Shown here piece by piece: positions 7,851-17,088 of a stretch of DNA of 63,263 nt. The first letter of the stretch is position 1. Each line of letters begins with the position of its first letter. The translations under genes and the position numbers were made by a program. The notes under the pieces were generated by a model. It saw nothing but the letters and a program-made list of their open reading frames with translations. It was not told the origin of the DNA and did no database searches. The stretch lies in contig JAYSQG010000007.1 in assembly GCA_043721685.1 (NCBI GenBank), positions 1 to 63,263 on the forward strand, in the 5' to 3' direction. This DNA is from Saprospiraceae bacterium (GTDB taxonomy: Bacteria > Bacteroidota > Bacteroidia > Chitinophagales > Saprospiraceae).

Positions 7851-10800
7851 ATGCCCGATTTCAATAAAAATTTCATACAAACCCTCGCGTCTCTCAATGC
7901 GCAACAACGTGTGGCTGTTGAACACATTGACGGACCGACCCTCGTTATCGCTGGTCCGGGAACGGGCAAAACGCATATCCTTGCCGCACGTATCGGGCAG
8001 ATTTTGACCGTTACCGATACGCAGCCTTATAATATATTGTGTCTGACCTTTACCGATGCAGGTGTACAAGCGATGCGTGAACGTCTGATGTCGCTAATTG
8101 GACCTGCAGCACACAAGGTGCATATCAGCACTTTTCACTCGTTTTGCAACCGTGTGATTCAAGACAATCTCGATTTGTTTGGGCGACAAGACCTCACGCA
8201 GCTTGATGAATTAGAACGTCGTCAAATCATTCGTCAATTGCTCGACGAATTGCCGCATGAACATGCGCTCAAACGGGGGCGAGGTTCAGACGTTTATTTT
8301 TATGAAAAACACCTTGCCGACCTTTTCAAATTGATGAAAACCGAAGCATGGACCCCTCAGTATATCAGCCGAAAAGTAGATGATTGGTTAGAGTATCTGC
8401 CACAAAACCCTGATTTTCAATACAAAATCAATAAAAAAGGGCTGTTTTCAAAAGGTGATTTAAAAACTGAAACCATTGCCGATGAAGTCGAAAAAATGGA
8501 AAAACTCAAAGCGGCGGCGCAACTCTATTACCGTTTTGAAGCCCTCAAAGCCGCTCCAAACCGCTACGATTTTGACGATATGGTGCTGTGGGTGATTGAT
8601 GCGTTCGATAGATTTCCGTTTTTACTGAGGGGGTATCAAGAGCAATTTTTATACTTTTTGGTAGATGAATTTCAAGACACAAACGGCTCACAAAACCGCA
8701 TTTTGAGTCAACTCATTGGCTTTTGGGAGCAACCCAATATTTTTATTGTCGGAGACGACGACCAAGCGATTTATGAATTTCAAGGCGCGAGGCTTAAAAG
8801 TTTGGTTGATTTTTATGAGACCTATAAAAAAGATGTAAAGGTTGTCGTCTTAAAAGACAATTATCGTTCATCTCAAAACATTCTCGATTCAGCACGTAAT
8901 GTCATTGAAAACAACGCATTACGTATTTTGAATAATATCCAAGGTTTAAGTTTAGAAAAAAACCTCATTGCAAAAGGCAGTGTTTCGGAATCGAAAATAG
9001 TTCCTCAAATTATTGAATATCCAAACCGTACCCATGAAGTTATCGACATTGTTCAACAAATCGAAGCCTTAAACAATTCTGATACCCCCCTCCCGACTGC
9101 TTCGGGACAGGTCAAAACAACAGCAATAATTTATGCCCGACATCGCCAAATCGAGCCACTTATTGCACTTTTTGATAAACGAGGTGTGCCTTATACCGTT
9201 CGTCGTGCGCTCAATGTTTTAGACGATTCTTTGATTCAAAATTTAAGGCTTTTGCTTACTTATATCGCTCTGGAAAGTCGGCAACCGTTTAGTGGTGAAC
9301 ATTTGTTGTTCAAAATTCTGAATATGCGTTTTTTAGAAATTCTGCAACAGGATGTTTTGAGATTGACGACCTATTTAGTTAAGAAAAATCCTACTAATGT
9401 CATTGCGAGGAACGAAGCAACCGAGGGGGACGCTGAAATAACGTTTGAAGAAAATAGCAACGTTAAAATGACTTGGCGTGAAACAATCGCTCAATTACCG
9501 CGCATAAAAATTTTAGATAAAAATAAAATCACAACTTTTTCGACGCATCTCGAATCATGGATTTCGGCAGTTGGCAACGACCCTTTGCCCGTTTTGATTG
9601 AACATATTCTGAATCAAAGTGGCTTGTTGTCGTGGGTTTTGAAAGAAGAAAACAAAACAGAATACACGCAAATTATTTACACTCTTTTTGATTTTGTCAA
9701 AAATGAAACCGCTAAAAGACCCCGTTTGACCCTTGCAGATTTCTTGAAAACGTTGGATTTGATGGATGCTAACAATATTCGTTTAGAATTTATCAAAAAC
9801 ACGGTTGCCAAAGACGGCAGTAATCCTGTTGTTTTGACAACCGCACATTCTGCAAAAGGCTTAGAATTTGACCGTGTTTTTATTGTTGATGCGGTAAAAA
9901 CGGAATGGGAGGAAGCCCGAAGTGGCAGCGTTTATCGTTTCAAACTGCCTGAATCGCTTACTTTTACAGCAGAAGCTGATGCGACAGAAGCAAGGCGACG
10001 GCTGTTTTATGTGGCGACTACAAGGGCAAAAGAGCATTTGACCGTCAGTTATGCTCGAACAGATGGACGTGGGAAAGGCTTGATGCAAACCCAATTTTTA
10101 GATGAAATGAATGCTCCTGCCCTTGAGAAAAGGCAGCTTGACGATGATTCTGTTTTAGACAGTCAAATAGCTTTATTGACTGAGGGGGTCGAAATTGAAA
10201 CAGATTTGCTTGAAAAAGCCTTTGTTAAAAACGTTTTGAAGGATTTTCAACTCTCAATTTCCGCGCTGAATGCTTATTTAGATTGTCCGTTGAGTTTTTA
10301 TTTTTCTTATATCCTAAAAGTGCCTTCGCAACCGAGCGCGTATTTTCAATATGGTGAAGCGGTGCATTTTGCTTTGCGCAAACTGTTTGGTGAGATGTTG
10401 AGGTCAAAAGAAAAACAATTTCCAAACAGTGATGAATTTGTGAACTATTTTGAGACAGATTTGCAGCGTCGCCGCCCGTTTTTTGACAACGCCGATTTTG
10501 AAAGGCGTTTAGAAACAGGTGTCACTAATTTGAGATTGTACTATAACCAATTCGTGCATAAATTCCCAAAAACTGTGGTTGTTGAAAAAACACTTGTTGC
10601 AGAGATTGAAGGTGTGCCTGTACGTGGTATTTTAGATAAAATCGAATATCGGGCAGACGGTTCGGTGCATATTGTGGATTATAAAACTGGGAAACAAGCC
10701 GATGAAAAACTGCGTCGTCCTTCAACTCGAAACCCTTTGGGTGGTGATTATTGGCGGCAATTGGTTTTTTATAAATTATTGTACGAAAATTTCAGAGCCA

Positions 10801-11060
10801 ATTTGATACGTGTCACTTCGGGCGAAATCAGTTATGTCGAAGCCGATGTGCGCGGTAATTTTAAAACAAAAACGTTTGATTTTGAGCCAAAAGACAGCCA
10901 AATACTGAGGGGTCTCATTTCGGAATCATGGGAACGGATTCAAGCACAGGATTTCAAGGGTTGTGGTAAAAAAACGTGTGCGTGGTGCAATTTTATTAAA
11001 AACAATAAGCCATTAGGCTCTTTTAGAATTGAGAGAAATGAATTTTTAGATGACCAATAA
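7851..11060 (+). CDS. UvrD/PcrA-type superfamily-1 helicase fused to a C-terminal 4-Cys PD-(D/E)XK (AddB/Cas4-like) nuclease
   Basis: The start was moved to ATG 7851 (MPDFNKNF...), because the track ORF starts at an upstream TTG. Helicase motifs present are Walker A AGPGTGKTH, DEFQDTN, and VLTTAHSAKGLEFD ... LFYVATTRAK. The C-terminus carries CPLSFYF ... GILDKIEY ... IVDYKTGK ... CGKKTCAWC. Confidence 0.85.
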   Translation: MPDFNKNFIQTLASLNAQQRVAVEHIDGPTLVIAGPGTGKTHILAARIGQILTVTDTQPYNILCLTFTDAGVQAMRERLMSLIGPAAHKVHISTFHSFCNRVIQDNLDLFGRQDLTQLDELERRQIIRQLLDELPHEHALKRGRGSDVYFYEKHLADLFKLMKTEAWTPQYISRKVDDWLEYLPQNPDFQYKINKKGLFSKGDLKTETIADEVEKMEKLKAAAQLYYRFEALKAAPNRYDFDDMVLWVIDAFDRFPFLLRGYQEQFLYFLVDEFQDTNGSQNRILSQLIGFWEQPNIFIVGDDDQAIYEFQGARLKSLVDFYETYKKDVKVVVLKDNYRSSQNILDSARNVIENNALRILNNIQGLSLEKNLIAKGSVSESKIVPQIIEYPNRTHEVIDIVQQIEALNNSDTPLPTASGQVKTTAIIYARHRQIEPLIALFDKRGVPYTVRRALNVLDDSLIQNLRLLLTYIALESRQPFSGEHLLFKILNMRFLEILQQDVLRLTTYLVKKNPTNVIARNEATEGDAEITFEENSNVKMTWRETIAQLPRIKILDKNKITTFSTHLESWISAVGNDPLPVLIEHILNQSGLLSWVLKEENKTEYTQIIYTLFDFVKNETAKRPRLTLADFLKTLDLMDANNIRLEFIKNTVAKDGSNPVVLTTAHSAKGLEFDRVFIVDAVKTEWEEARSGSVYRFKLPESLTFTAEADATEARRRLFYVATTRAKEHLTVSYARTDGRGKGLMQTQFLDEMNAPALEKRQLDDDSVLDSQIALLTEGVEIETDLLEKAFVKNVLKDFQLSISALNAYLDCPLSFYFSYILKVPSQPSAYFQYGEAVHFALRKLFGEMLRSKEKQFPNSDEFVNYFETDLQRRRPFFDNADFERRLETGVTNLRLYYNQFVHKFPKTVVVEKTLVAEIEGVPVRGILDKIEYRADGSVHIVDYKTGKQADEKLRRPSTRNPLGGDYWRQLVFYKLLYENFRANLIRVTSGEISYVEADVRGNFKTKTFDFEPKDSQILRGLISESWERIQAQDFKGCGKKTCAWCNFIKNNKPLGSFRIERNEFLDDQ

Positions 11061-11070
11061 CGTGAATAAC

Positions 11071-11850
11071 ATGAAACGAATGATATTTTTTTTAAGCCTC
11101 ATGGCTTTTGCTGCTTGTACCGAAATTTCACCCGTCGTCCCTTCATTAGGCGACAAAAAGGTGTTGGTTGAGGAATTTACAGGCGTTCGATGCGTCAATT
11201 GTCCTGCGGGAGCAGCAGAATTAGAGAATTTGAAAAGCATTTATGGAGACCGTTTAGTTGTCGTGAGCATACATGCAGGTGACTTCGCGCCACCTTATTC
11301 GGACTCAAAATATGACTTCAGAACGACAGAAGGCACGGCTTTAGAGGCTTGGTTGGGCGTACCTTTGGGCTATCCAACGGCAGTCGTAAATCGCAAAAAA
11401 TTTGATGGACAACGTTCTTTACAAGTAACAAAAGCGAATTGGGCGGGGCTGGTTGCTGAAGAATCTAAGGCGGCTTCTTTGCTAAATTTGGCTATTAACA
11501 AAAAATATACAAAGGATTCACGTGATTTGACGATGACCGTTACCCTCGTGCCTACGGATAAACTGCCAGATGACATGCGTTTAAGCGTATTATTGACTGA
11601 AAATGACGTTGTTGACCAGCAAGAAACACCACAGGGAAAAAAATCGGATTATTCACATAAGCACGTTTTACGTCGCGTCCTTTCAGGCGATGCAAAAGGC
11701 GTTGTACTCAACGGTGCTTTGTCTTGGACAGGCAATTTTAAAGTGCCCAATACTTGGATGGCTGAAAAATGTCAAGTTGTTGTGATTGTACATCGTGGCG
11801 GCGATATTAAAGACGTGTTGCAAGTATCAGAGATAAAGTTGATGGATTAA
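11071..11850 (+). CDS. Omp28-related / thioredoxin-fold lipoprotein
   Basis: Start set at MKRMIFFLSLMAFAAC, which contains a lipobox. The motif VLVEEFTGVRCVNCP matches the Omp28-like family pattern. Confidence 0.6.
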   Translation: MKRMIFFLSLMAFAACTEISPVVPSLGDKKVLVEEFTGVRCVNCPAGAAELENLKSIYGDRLVVVSIHAGDFAPPYSDSKYDFRTTEGTALEAWLGVPLGYPTAVVNRKKFDGQRSLQVTKANWAGLVAEESKAASLLNLAINKKYTKDSRDLTMTVTLVPTDKLPDDMRLSVLLTENDVVDQQETPQGKKSDYSHKHVLRRVLSGDAKGVVLNGALSWTGNFKVPNTWMAEKCQVVVIVHRGGDIKDVLQVSEIKLMD

Positions 11851-11877
11851 GATTTCAGATTTAACAATCTTCAAAAA

Positions 11878-11910
11878 GCTGCTCGAAAAAGGTCGAGCAG
11901 CTTTTTTTTT
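11878..11910 (+). terminator. intrinsic terminator
   Basis: A 9-bp stem (gctgctcga / tcgagcagc) followed by a run of 9 T. Confidence 0.8.
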
Positions 11911-12000
11911 AAATTTTTTACTCATTTTCATAAATAAGTCATTTTTTCTATGAAAATTTAGTCCTTGTGAAAAGTTGTTGCAATTCATAATAACGTGTAG

Positions 12001-12103
12001 TTTTTTTTTATCATTATGAACGCAGTGAAAGAATCTACATAAAGTATTGAAAATGAATATTTTATACAGATTCTTTCACTGCGTTCAGAATGACAAAAAA
12101 AAA
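12001..12103. repeat. long inverted repeat (36-nt arms, 34/36 complementary, 31-nt spacer) flanked by T9 and A9
   Basis: Arm 1 is tttttttttatcattatgaacgcagtgaaagaatct (12001-12036). Arm 2 is agattctttcactgcgttcagaatgacaaaaaaaaa (12068-12103). Confidence 0.9.
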
Positions 12104-12183
12104 CATGTTGCTTGCAGTAATGTTTTTGCACTGTTCAAAACAACTCATTTTAATAATTAAACAACCAATAAAATCAATTAATT

Positions 12184-14115
12184 ATGGGAGAAGCGAAAGT
12201 AAAAATAGTGAGAGACGAGAAGCAAATGCAAGGTTTTGTCCGGCATTTGTTGCGTGACGTAGAAGCGTTCGATTATATGCTTAAAAATGATTGGTTCGAA
12301 TCGGATATTACACGTATTGGGGCGGAACAGGAAATGTGCCTGGTGGATAAAGATACTTTCAAGCCCGCTTGTATCAACATGGCTATCTTAGAAAAATTTA
12401 AAGATTGGGAGAATGTAACAACCGAATTGGCGCAATTTAACCTCGAAACTAACCTTACGCCGCTTGAATTTACAGGCAACTGTTTGAGCGAGATGGAGCG
12501 TGAAAATACTGAGGGGTTGCAAAGAATCCGTAAAGTTGCACATGAACTTGGTGCCGAAGTTATTTTAACAGGCATCCTTCCCACGTTGCGAAAGCCTGAC
12601 CTCGATTTGTCGAATTTGACACCCAAACCCCGTTACCTTGCCTTGATGGAGAGTATAAAAGAACATTCGTTGCGAGGTGATGAGAATTTCGAGTTGTGGT
12701 TGGACGGCATTGATGAGCTGCATATTCGACATGACTCGCCGCTTTTGGAGGCTTGTAACACCAGTTTTCAAGTGCATTTGCAGGTTGCGCCGAAGGAATA
12801 TGTCAAAATGTATAACATTGCACAGATGTTGTTAGCACCAATTGTCGCAATTTCTGCAAATTCACCTCTTGTTTTTGGTCGTCGGTTGTGGCATGAAACG
12901 CGGATTGCGCTTTTCCAACAAGCACTCGACACACGTACATCGAGTGAACACATGCGGGTGCGTCGTCCACGTGTCAATTTTGGTAGCGATTGGTTGCATG
13001 AGAGCGTGCTTGAAATTCACAAAGAAGATATTGCCCGTTTCCGTGTCTTGTTGGGTGATGTCATTGAAGAAGATTCCTTGGAAATGGTTGCCGCTGGCAA
13101 AACGCCAAAATTGCGGGCATTGCAGATTTTCAACTCCACGGTCTATCGTTGGAATCGTCCATGTTATGGTATTTCGCCAAATGGAAAACCGCATTTGCGG
13201 ATTGAGTGTCGTGTTTTACCTGCGGGACCATCGGTTGTGGACTCGACGGCAAATGCCGCATTTTGGTTGGGTCTGATGGTGGGTTATGCTAAAAATTATG
13301 AGGATGTGACAAAACATATCAGCTTTGAAGACGTGAGCGACAATTTTTATAAAGCAGCTAAATTTGGCTTTGATACAAAATTTACATGGTTTAACGATGC
13401 TAAAATAAGTCTTAAAGATTTGATTATCAATGAGTTAATTCCTATGGCGCGAGAAGGTTTAGAATCGCAGGGCATTGACCAAAAAGACATTTCACTTTAC
13501 ATGGGCATCATAGAGGAACGTGCCAAAGCCCAAATGACGGGTGCAAGATGGCTACTGAGGGCTTATACAAAACTTGTAAAAGAAGTAACACCCGATGAAG
13601 CTCTAACGACTGTTACAGCAGCGATTGCTAAAAATCAATGGGCTGAAAAACCTGTGCATACTTGGGAAATGCCAGAGGCAAACGGGCTTAAAAACTACCA
13701 ACCTTCGACGCTTAAAGTTGAGGAATTTATGCAAACTGACCTGTTTACAGCCCAAAAAGAGGACATTATTGAATTTGTGGCGCAACTAATGGATTGGCGA
13801 AAAATCAGATATATGCCCGTTGAAGATGCAAAAGGGAAGTTGGTGGGTCTTGTTACTTCGCGCTTGCTGTTACGTCAGTTTACACAAAATAAGGAATTGG
13901 CTGAGGGCGAATACGTAACAGTTGGTGATATAATGATTGCAAATCCAATAACTGTTAAACCGACTGTTAAGCTCGCAGATGCCTTGGGTATCATGCGTGA
14001 AAATCGAATCGGCTGTTTACCTGTTGTCAATGATGACCACGAATTGGTGGGTATTATTACAGAAATGGACTTTTTGCGTATTTCGTCGAGGTTAATTGAC
14101 AGGGTTGAAAAATAA
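12184..14115 (+). CDS. glutamate-cysteine ligase family 2 (carboxylate-amine ligase)-like domain fused to a tandem CBS pair
   Basis: 643 aa. The N-terminal ~480 aa have a GCS2-like pattern (RIGAEQEMCLVD ... FQVHLQV ... RIECRVLP). The C-terminus has two CBS motifs (YMPVEDAKGKLVGLVT and GCLPVVNDDHELVGIIT). Confidence 0.7.
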   Translation: MGEAKVKIVRDEKQMQGFVRHLLRDVEAFDYMLKNDWFESDITRIGAEQEMCLVDKDTFKPACINMAILEKFKDWENVTTELAQFNLETNLTPLEFTGNCLSEMERENTEGLQRIRKVAHELGAEVILTGILPTLRKPDLDLSNLTPKPRYLALMESIKEHSLRGDENFELWLDGIDELHIRHDSPLLEACNTSFQVHLQVAPKEYVKMYNIAQMLLAPIVAISANSPLVFGRRLWHETRIALFQQALDTRTSSEHMRVRRPRVNFGSDWLHESVLEIHKEDIARFRVLLGDVIEEDSLEMVAAGKTPKLRALQIFNSTVYRWNRPCYGISPNGKPHLRIECRVLPAGPSVVDSTANAAFWLGLMVGYAKNYEDVTKHISFEDVSDNFYKAAKFGFDTKFTWFNDAKISLKDLIINELIPMAREGLESQGIDQKDISLYMGIIEERAKAQMTGARWLLRAYTKLVKEVTPDEALTTVTAAIAKNQWAEKPVHTWEMPEANGLKNYQPSTLKVEEFMQTDLFTAQKEDIIEFVAQLMDWRKIRYMPVEDAKGKLVGLVTSRLLLRQFTQNKELAEGEYVTVGDIMIANPITVKPTVKLADALGIMRENRIGCLPVVNDDHELVGIITEMDFLRISSRLIDRVEK

Positions 14116-14121
14116 AGCAAA

Positions 14122-15102
14122 ATGCAGACTTTTAGGACAGAGCTAAAACCGCAACAGGCTTCCTTTCATATTTATTATCAATGTTTTACATTGGGCATCG
14201 GCTCTTGTTTTATTGAAAACATGGGGGCGATGCTCGATGCAAGGCAGTTGCCTTTCCTTCAAAATCCGTTTGGGATTGTCTATAACCCCCTCAGTATAGC
14301 GCAGCAATTGGCGACAATTATGGCTTTTGAGGGCAATACTCAATCTCCTTTTTTTACAGAAAAAGACCTTTTTCAACACAACGGTTTGTGGGGTTCTTTA
14401 AAACATCATGGCAGATTTTCAGGAGAAAACAGCGATTTAGTCTTAAAAAACATCAATGACAGCCTTGAAACGGCTCGTGATTTTTTCCAAAAAACAAACC
14501 GCATTTTGCTGACATTCGGTACAGCAAATGTTTTTACTTTGAAAGAAACGGGCGAAGTAGTGGCAAATTGTCATAAACTACCCCCTCAGTATTTTGAGCA
14601 AAAAAGGTTAAGTGTTGAAGAAATTGTTAGCCAATTTAAACCTCTTTTTGAAAAAATATTTTTACAAAATCCTGATAGTCAAATTATTATAACGGTTAGC
14701 CCGATTCGACATATACGTGATGGTTTGGTAGAAAACAATCGATCAAAAGCCGTTTTGTTGTTGGCTACGGATGCATTGAGTCTGCTTTTTGAAAAGGTTT
14801 ATTACTTCCCTGCGTATGAAATCATGATGGACGATTTAAGAGATTACCGCTTTTATGAACGCGATATGATACACCCGAACCCAACAGCGATTGAGTACAT
14901 TTGGCAGTTTTTTTCAGAAACTTTTTTTGATAAAAAGACAAAAAGCATCATTCAAGAAGTCGAAAAAATCAATACTATGTTGGCTCATCGCCCTTTGCAC
15001 GGCGCGGATACTGAGGGGTATCAAAAATTTCGAGAACAACTGAATGTGAAGGTTTTAACTTTACAAAAACAGTATTCTTTCTTGGAATTTGAACTAAAAT
15101 GA
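14122..15102 (+). CDS. GSCFA domain-containing protein
   Basis: 326 aa containing the eponymous G-S-C-F motif (LGIGSCFIENMG) and the downstream SPIRH block. Confidence 0.75.
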   Translation: MQTFRTELKPQQASFHIYYQCFTLGIGSCFIENMGAMLDARQLPFLQNPFGIVYNPLSIAQQLATIMAFEGNTQSPFFTEKDLFQHNGLWGSLKHHGRFSGENSDLVLKNINDSLETARDFFQKTNRILLTFGTANVFTLKETGEVVANCHKLPPQYFEQKRLSVEEIVSQFKPLFEKIFLQNPDSQIIITVSPIRHIRDGLVENNRSKAVLLLATDALSLLFEKVYYFPAYEIMMDDLRDYRFYERDMIHPNPTAIEYIWQFFSETFFDKKTKSIIQEVEKINTMLAHRPLHGADTEGYQKFREQLNVKVLTLQKQYSFLEFELK

Positions 15103-15122
15103 CCGTTTTTAACTTCAAAAAC

Positions 15123-15167
15123 AAAAGGCAGTAGAGCGACTTTCGCACTCTACTGCCTTTTGTTTTT
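15123..15167. terminator. bidirectional intrinsic terminator
   Basis: A 14-bp stem (aaaaggcagtagag / ctctactgcctttt) with an A-run before and a T-run after. It lies between convergent genes. Confidence 0.75.
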
Positions 15168-15252
15168 AAGAGAAAAACATATTAGGCGTTGAGAAAAAAT
15201 GAAATGTCAAACTTTATATTTGCAATAGTGTTGAAAACCAACGTTTTACAAA

Positions 15253-15276
15253 TTCATCATTCATCATTCATCATTC
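15253..15276. repeat. tandem word repeat (TTCATCA) x3.4 abutting the tatA stop codon
   Basis: Reads ttcatca ttcatca ttcatca ttc. The same ATGATGAA word family appears at 41442-41502. Confidence 0.8.
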
Positions 15277-15278
15277 CC

Positions 15279-15494
15279 TTAGTTGCTTTCTACTTTTTTC
15301 TTTTCCGGCTCTTCCATGCCTTTGCGAAGTTCGTCCTCAACATTGGCACGAGCTGAATTGAACTCCTTGATGCCTTTACCAAGACCGCGCATGAGTTCTG
15401 GAATTTTATTGCCTCCAAAAAGCAAAAGGACGATGACGAAAACGAAAAAGATTTCTTGCCCGCCCAAACCGAATATCAGAAATAATGAATTCAT
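15279..15494 (-). CDS. tatA: twin-arginine translocase subunit TatA/E
   Basis: 71 aa with an N-terminal TM helix followed by FGGNKIPELMRGLGKGIKEF. Confidence 0.9.
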   Translation of the reverse strand: MNSLFLIFGLGGQEIFFVFVIVLLLFGGNKIPELMRGLGKGIKEFNSARANVEDELRKGMEEPEKKKVESN

Positions 15495-15545
15495 GTCTTT
15501 GAATTTTTATTATTTTAAAAAATTTAAACCTTACATAGTTGCACA

Positions 15546-15553
15546 CAAAGGTA
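15546..15553 (-). promoter_or_regulatory. candidate -7 box TACCTTTG (reverse strand) upstream of tatA
   Basis: The plus strand reads caaaggta, 52 nt upstream of the ATG. Confidence 0.4.
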
Positions 15554-15849
15554 AAATGTTTTGATGAGAATTAGACATCGTTTTTGTTAATTCGTTTAAT
15601 CTGTGAAATATATTACACAATTATGTTTAAAATCGAGAAAAGTAAATGTTATGGAAAAATTGGTATAAATTTTTCATGTATGTATTATTCGATTTATAAG
15701 ATAGATGCAAAATGGACTTTACGGCTTTAAGAAGGCTGCAAAATCAGTTATTTTTAAAGAGTGACAGTACTAAAAATTCCATTTTGGAATGACCAAATTA
15801 ATTATTTTTATTTAAGTATTATTTTCAACGCGTAACTACTATTGGAGAC

Positions 15850-16914
15850 ATGAATCTGAAAAAACTCTGTTATTCCGTCTTTATATGCTCATTATCGTTT
15901 TTTGCATCAGCACAAACGGATAATTCTACTGTCGCTGCCAACAAGGAAGACAATATTGAGATGGTGAAATCTATTGACAAAAAAGAGAAATCTTCTGCGG
16001 AGGTTCCTAAAACGTCCATTCAACCTCGGCGGCGCATCGTTAGTGGCAGCACAAAAGCCAGCACAAAAGCCAGCACAAAAGCCAGCATAAAAAATGCCAA
16101 TCTCTTGAATAGCGATAAAGATGATTTTTCGCCTGCTTTTTATCAAAATGGGATAGTTTTTTGCTCGTCCGTTAAAAAATCATCGAAAAAAGGAGATAAT
16201 GATAAAGCCAATGAAGACATTAATTTGCGTTATGCTCTATTCGATTCACTTGGCAATTTGACTAAACCCACAAGTTTTGGGCATCGGGCTAACTCAAAAA
16301 CCAACGAAGGGCCTTCTTGCTTCACGGACAAACAGGATACACTTTATTTATCGCGCACAACTTCCAAGGGCGGTATTGTGAAGTTTAATAAAAATGGTAA
16401 GACAACGCTGAAAATTTATATAAAAACAAGAGACACTTTAGGGAATTTTGTTGGGGACGACATTCTCCCTTTTGAAAGTGAATCGTACTCTTATTGCCAT
16501 CCAACGCTTTCGGCAGACGGTAATAGGCTCTATTTTGCCTCAAATATGCCAGGTGGTTTTGGTGGTATGGACTTGTGGGTAACACGCCGCTTGAAGGACG
16601 GAACTTGGTCGCAACCCATCAATTTAGGTCCCCGCGTCAATACCTCAAAAAATGAAGTTTTTCCCTTTATGTCTGAAAATGGGGTTCTATATTTTTCTTC
16701 CGATGGCATCACCGGCGGTAAAGGTGGTTTTGATTTATATAGAATCGAAATTGAACATCGTACAGCCCGAGCCTTCCCTATGGGGGAGCCGTTTAATTCA
16801 GAATACGATGATTTTGGCATCATGTTTTTACCTCAGAACGAAGCTAAAGGCTATTTTTCTTCTAATCGGAAAGGTGGTGCTGGCGGTGACGATATTTATG
16901 AATTTGAATTTTAA
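15850..16914 (+). CDS. secreted PD40/TolB-like beta-propeller repeat protein
   Basis: 354 aa with a signal peptide. It has repeated blocks of the type SPxxSxDGxxLYFxSxxxGGxGGxDLY. Confidence 0.6.
   Translation: MNLKKLCYSVFICSLSFFASAQTDNSTVAANKEDNIEMVKSIDKKEKSSAEVPKTSIQPRRRIVSGSTKASTKASTKASIKNANLLNSDKDDFSPAFYQNGIVFCSSVKKSSKKGDNDKANEDINLRYALFDSLGNLTKPTSFGHRANSKTNEGPSCFTDKQDTLYLSRTTSKGGIVKFNKNGKTTLKIYIKTRDTLGNFVGDDILPFESESYSYCHPTLSADGNRLYFASNMPGGFGGMDLWVTRRLKDGTWSQPINLGPRVNTSKNEVFPFMSENGVLYFSSDGITGGKGGFDLYRIEIEHRTARAFPMGEPFNSEYDDFGIMFLPQNEAKGYFSSNRKGGAGGDDIYEFEF
16048..16083 (+). repeat. in-frame 12-nt tandem repeat (AGCACAAAAGCC) x3 encoding (STKA)n
   Basis: Three perfect units inside the low-complexity N-terminal linker of the PD40-like protein. 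Confidence 0.9.
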
Positions 16915-16994
16915 AATTCAACAATATAAATAGGTAAAATACTGAGGGGCATAAAATTAATAGAAATCAACTTTCAGAAAACTTATCGAATATG

Positions 16995-17030
16995 AAAAAG
17001 AGGAACTGCATCACGCAAGTTCCTCTTTTT
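16995..17030. terminator. bidirectional intrinsic terminator
   Basis: A 13-bp stem (aaaaagaggaact / agttcctcttttt) between convergent genes. Confidence 0.75.
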
Positions 17031-17088
17031 GTTGGTTATTTGTTATTCGTTTGACGAGTAACTAATTAACCAATAACCAATCCACCAA

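Noticed and set aside
9081-9432. Degenerate look-alikes of the abundant motif occur, including cccccctcccga at 9085, ccgaggggg at 9421, tactcggggg at 24211 and tactgagag at 52853.
   Set aside because: Each has two or more mismatches, so I did not count them. They may be decayed copies, but chance cannot be excluded.
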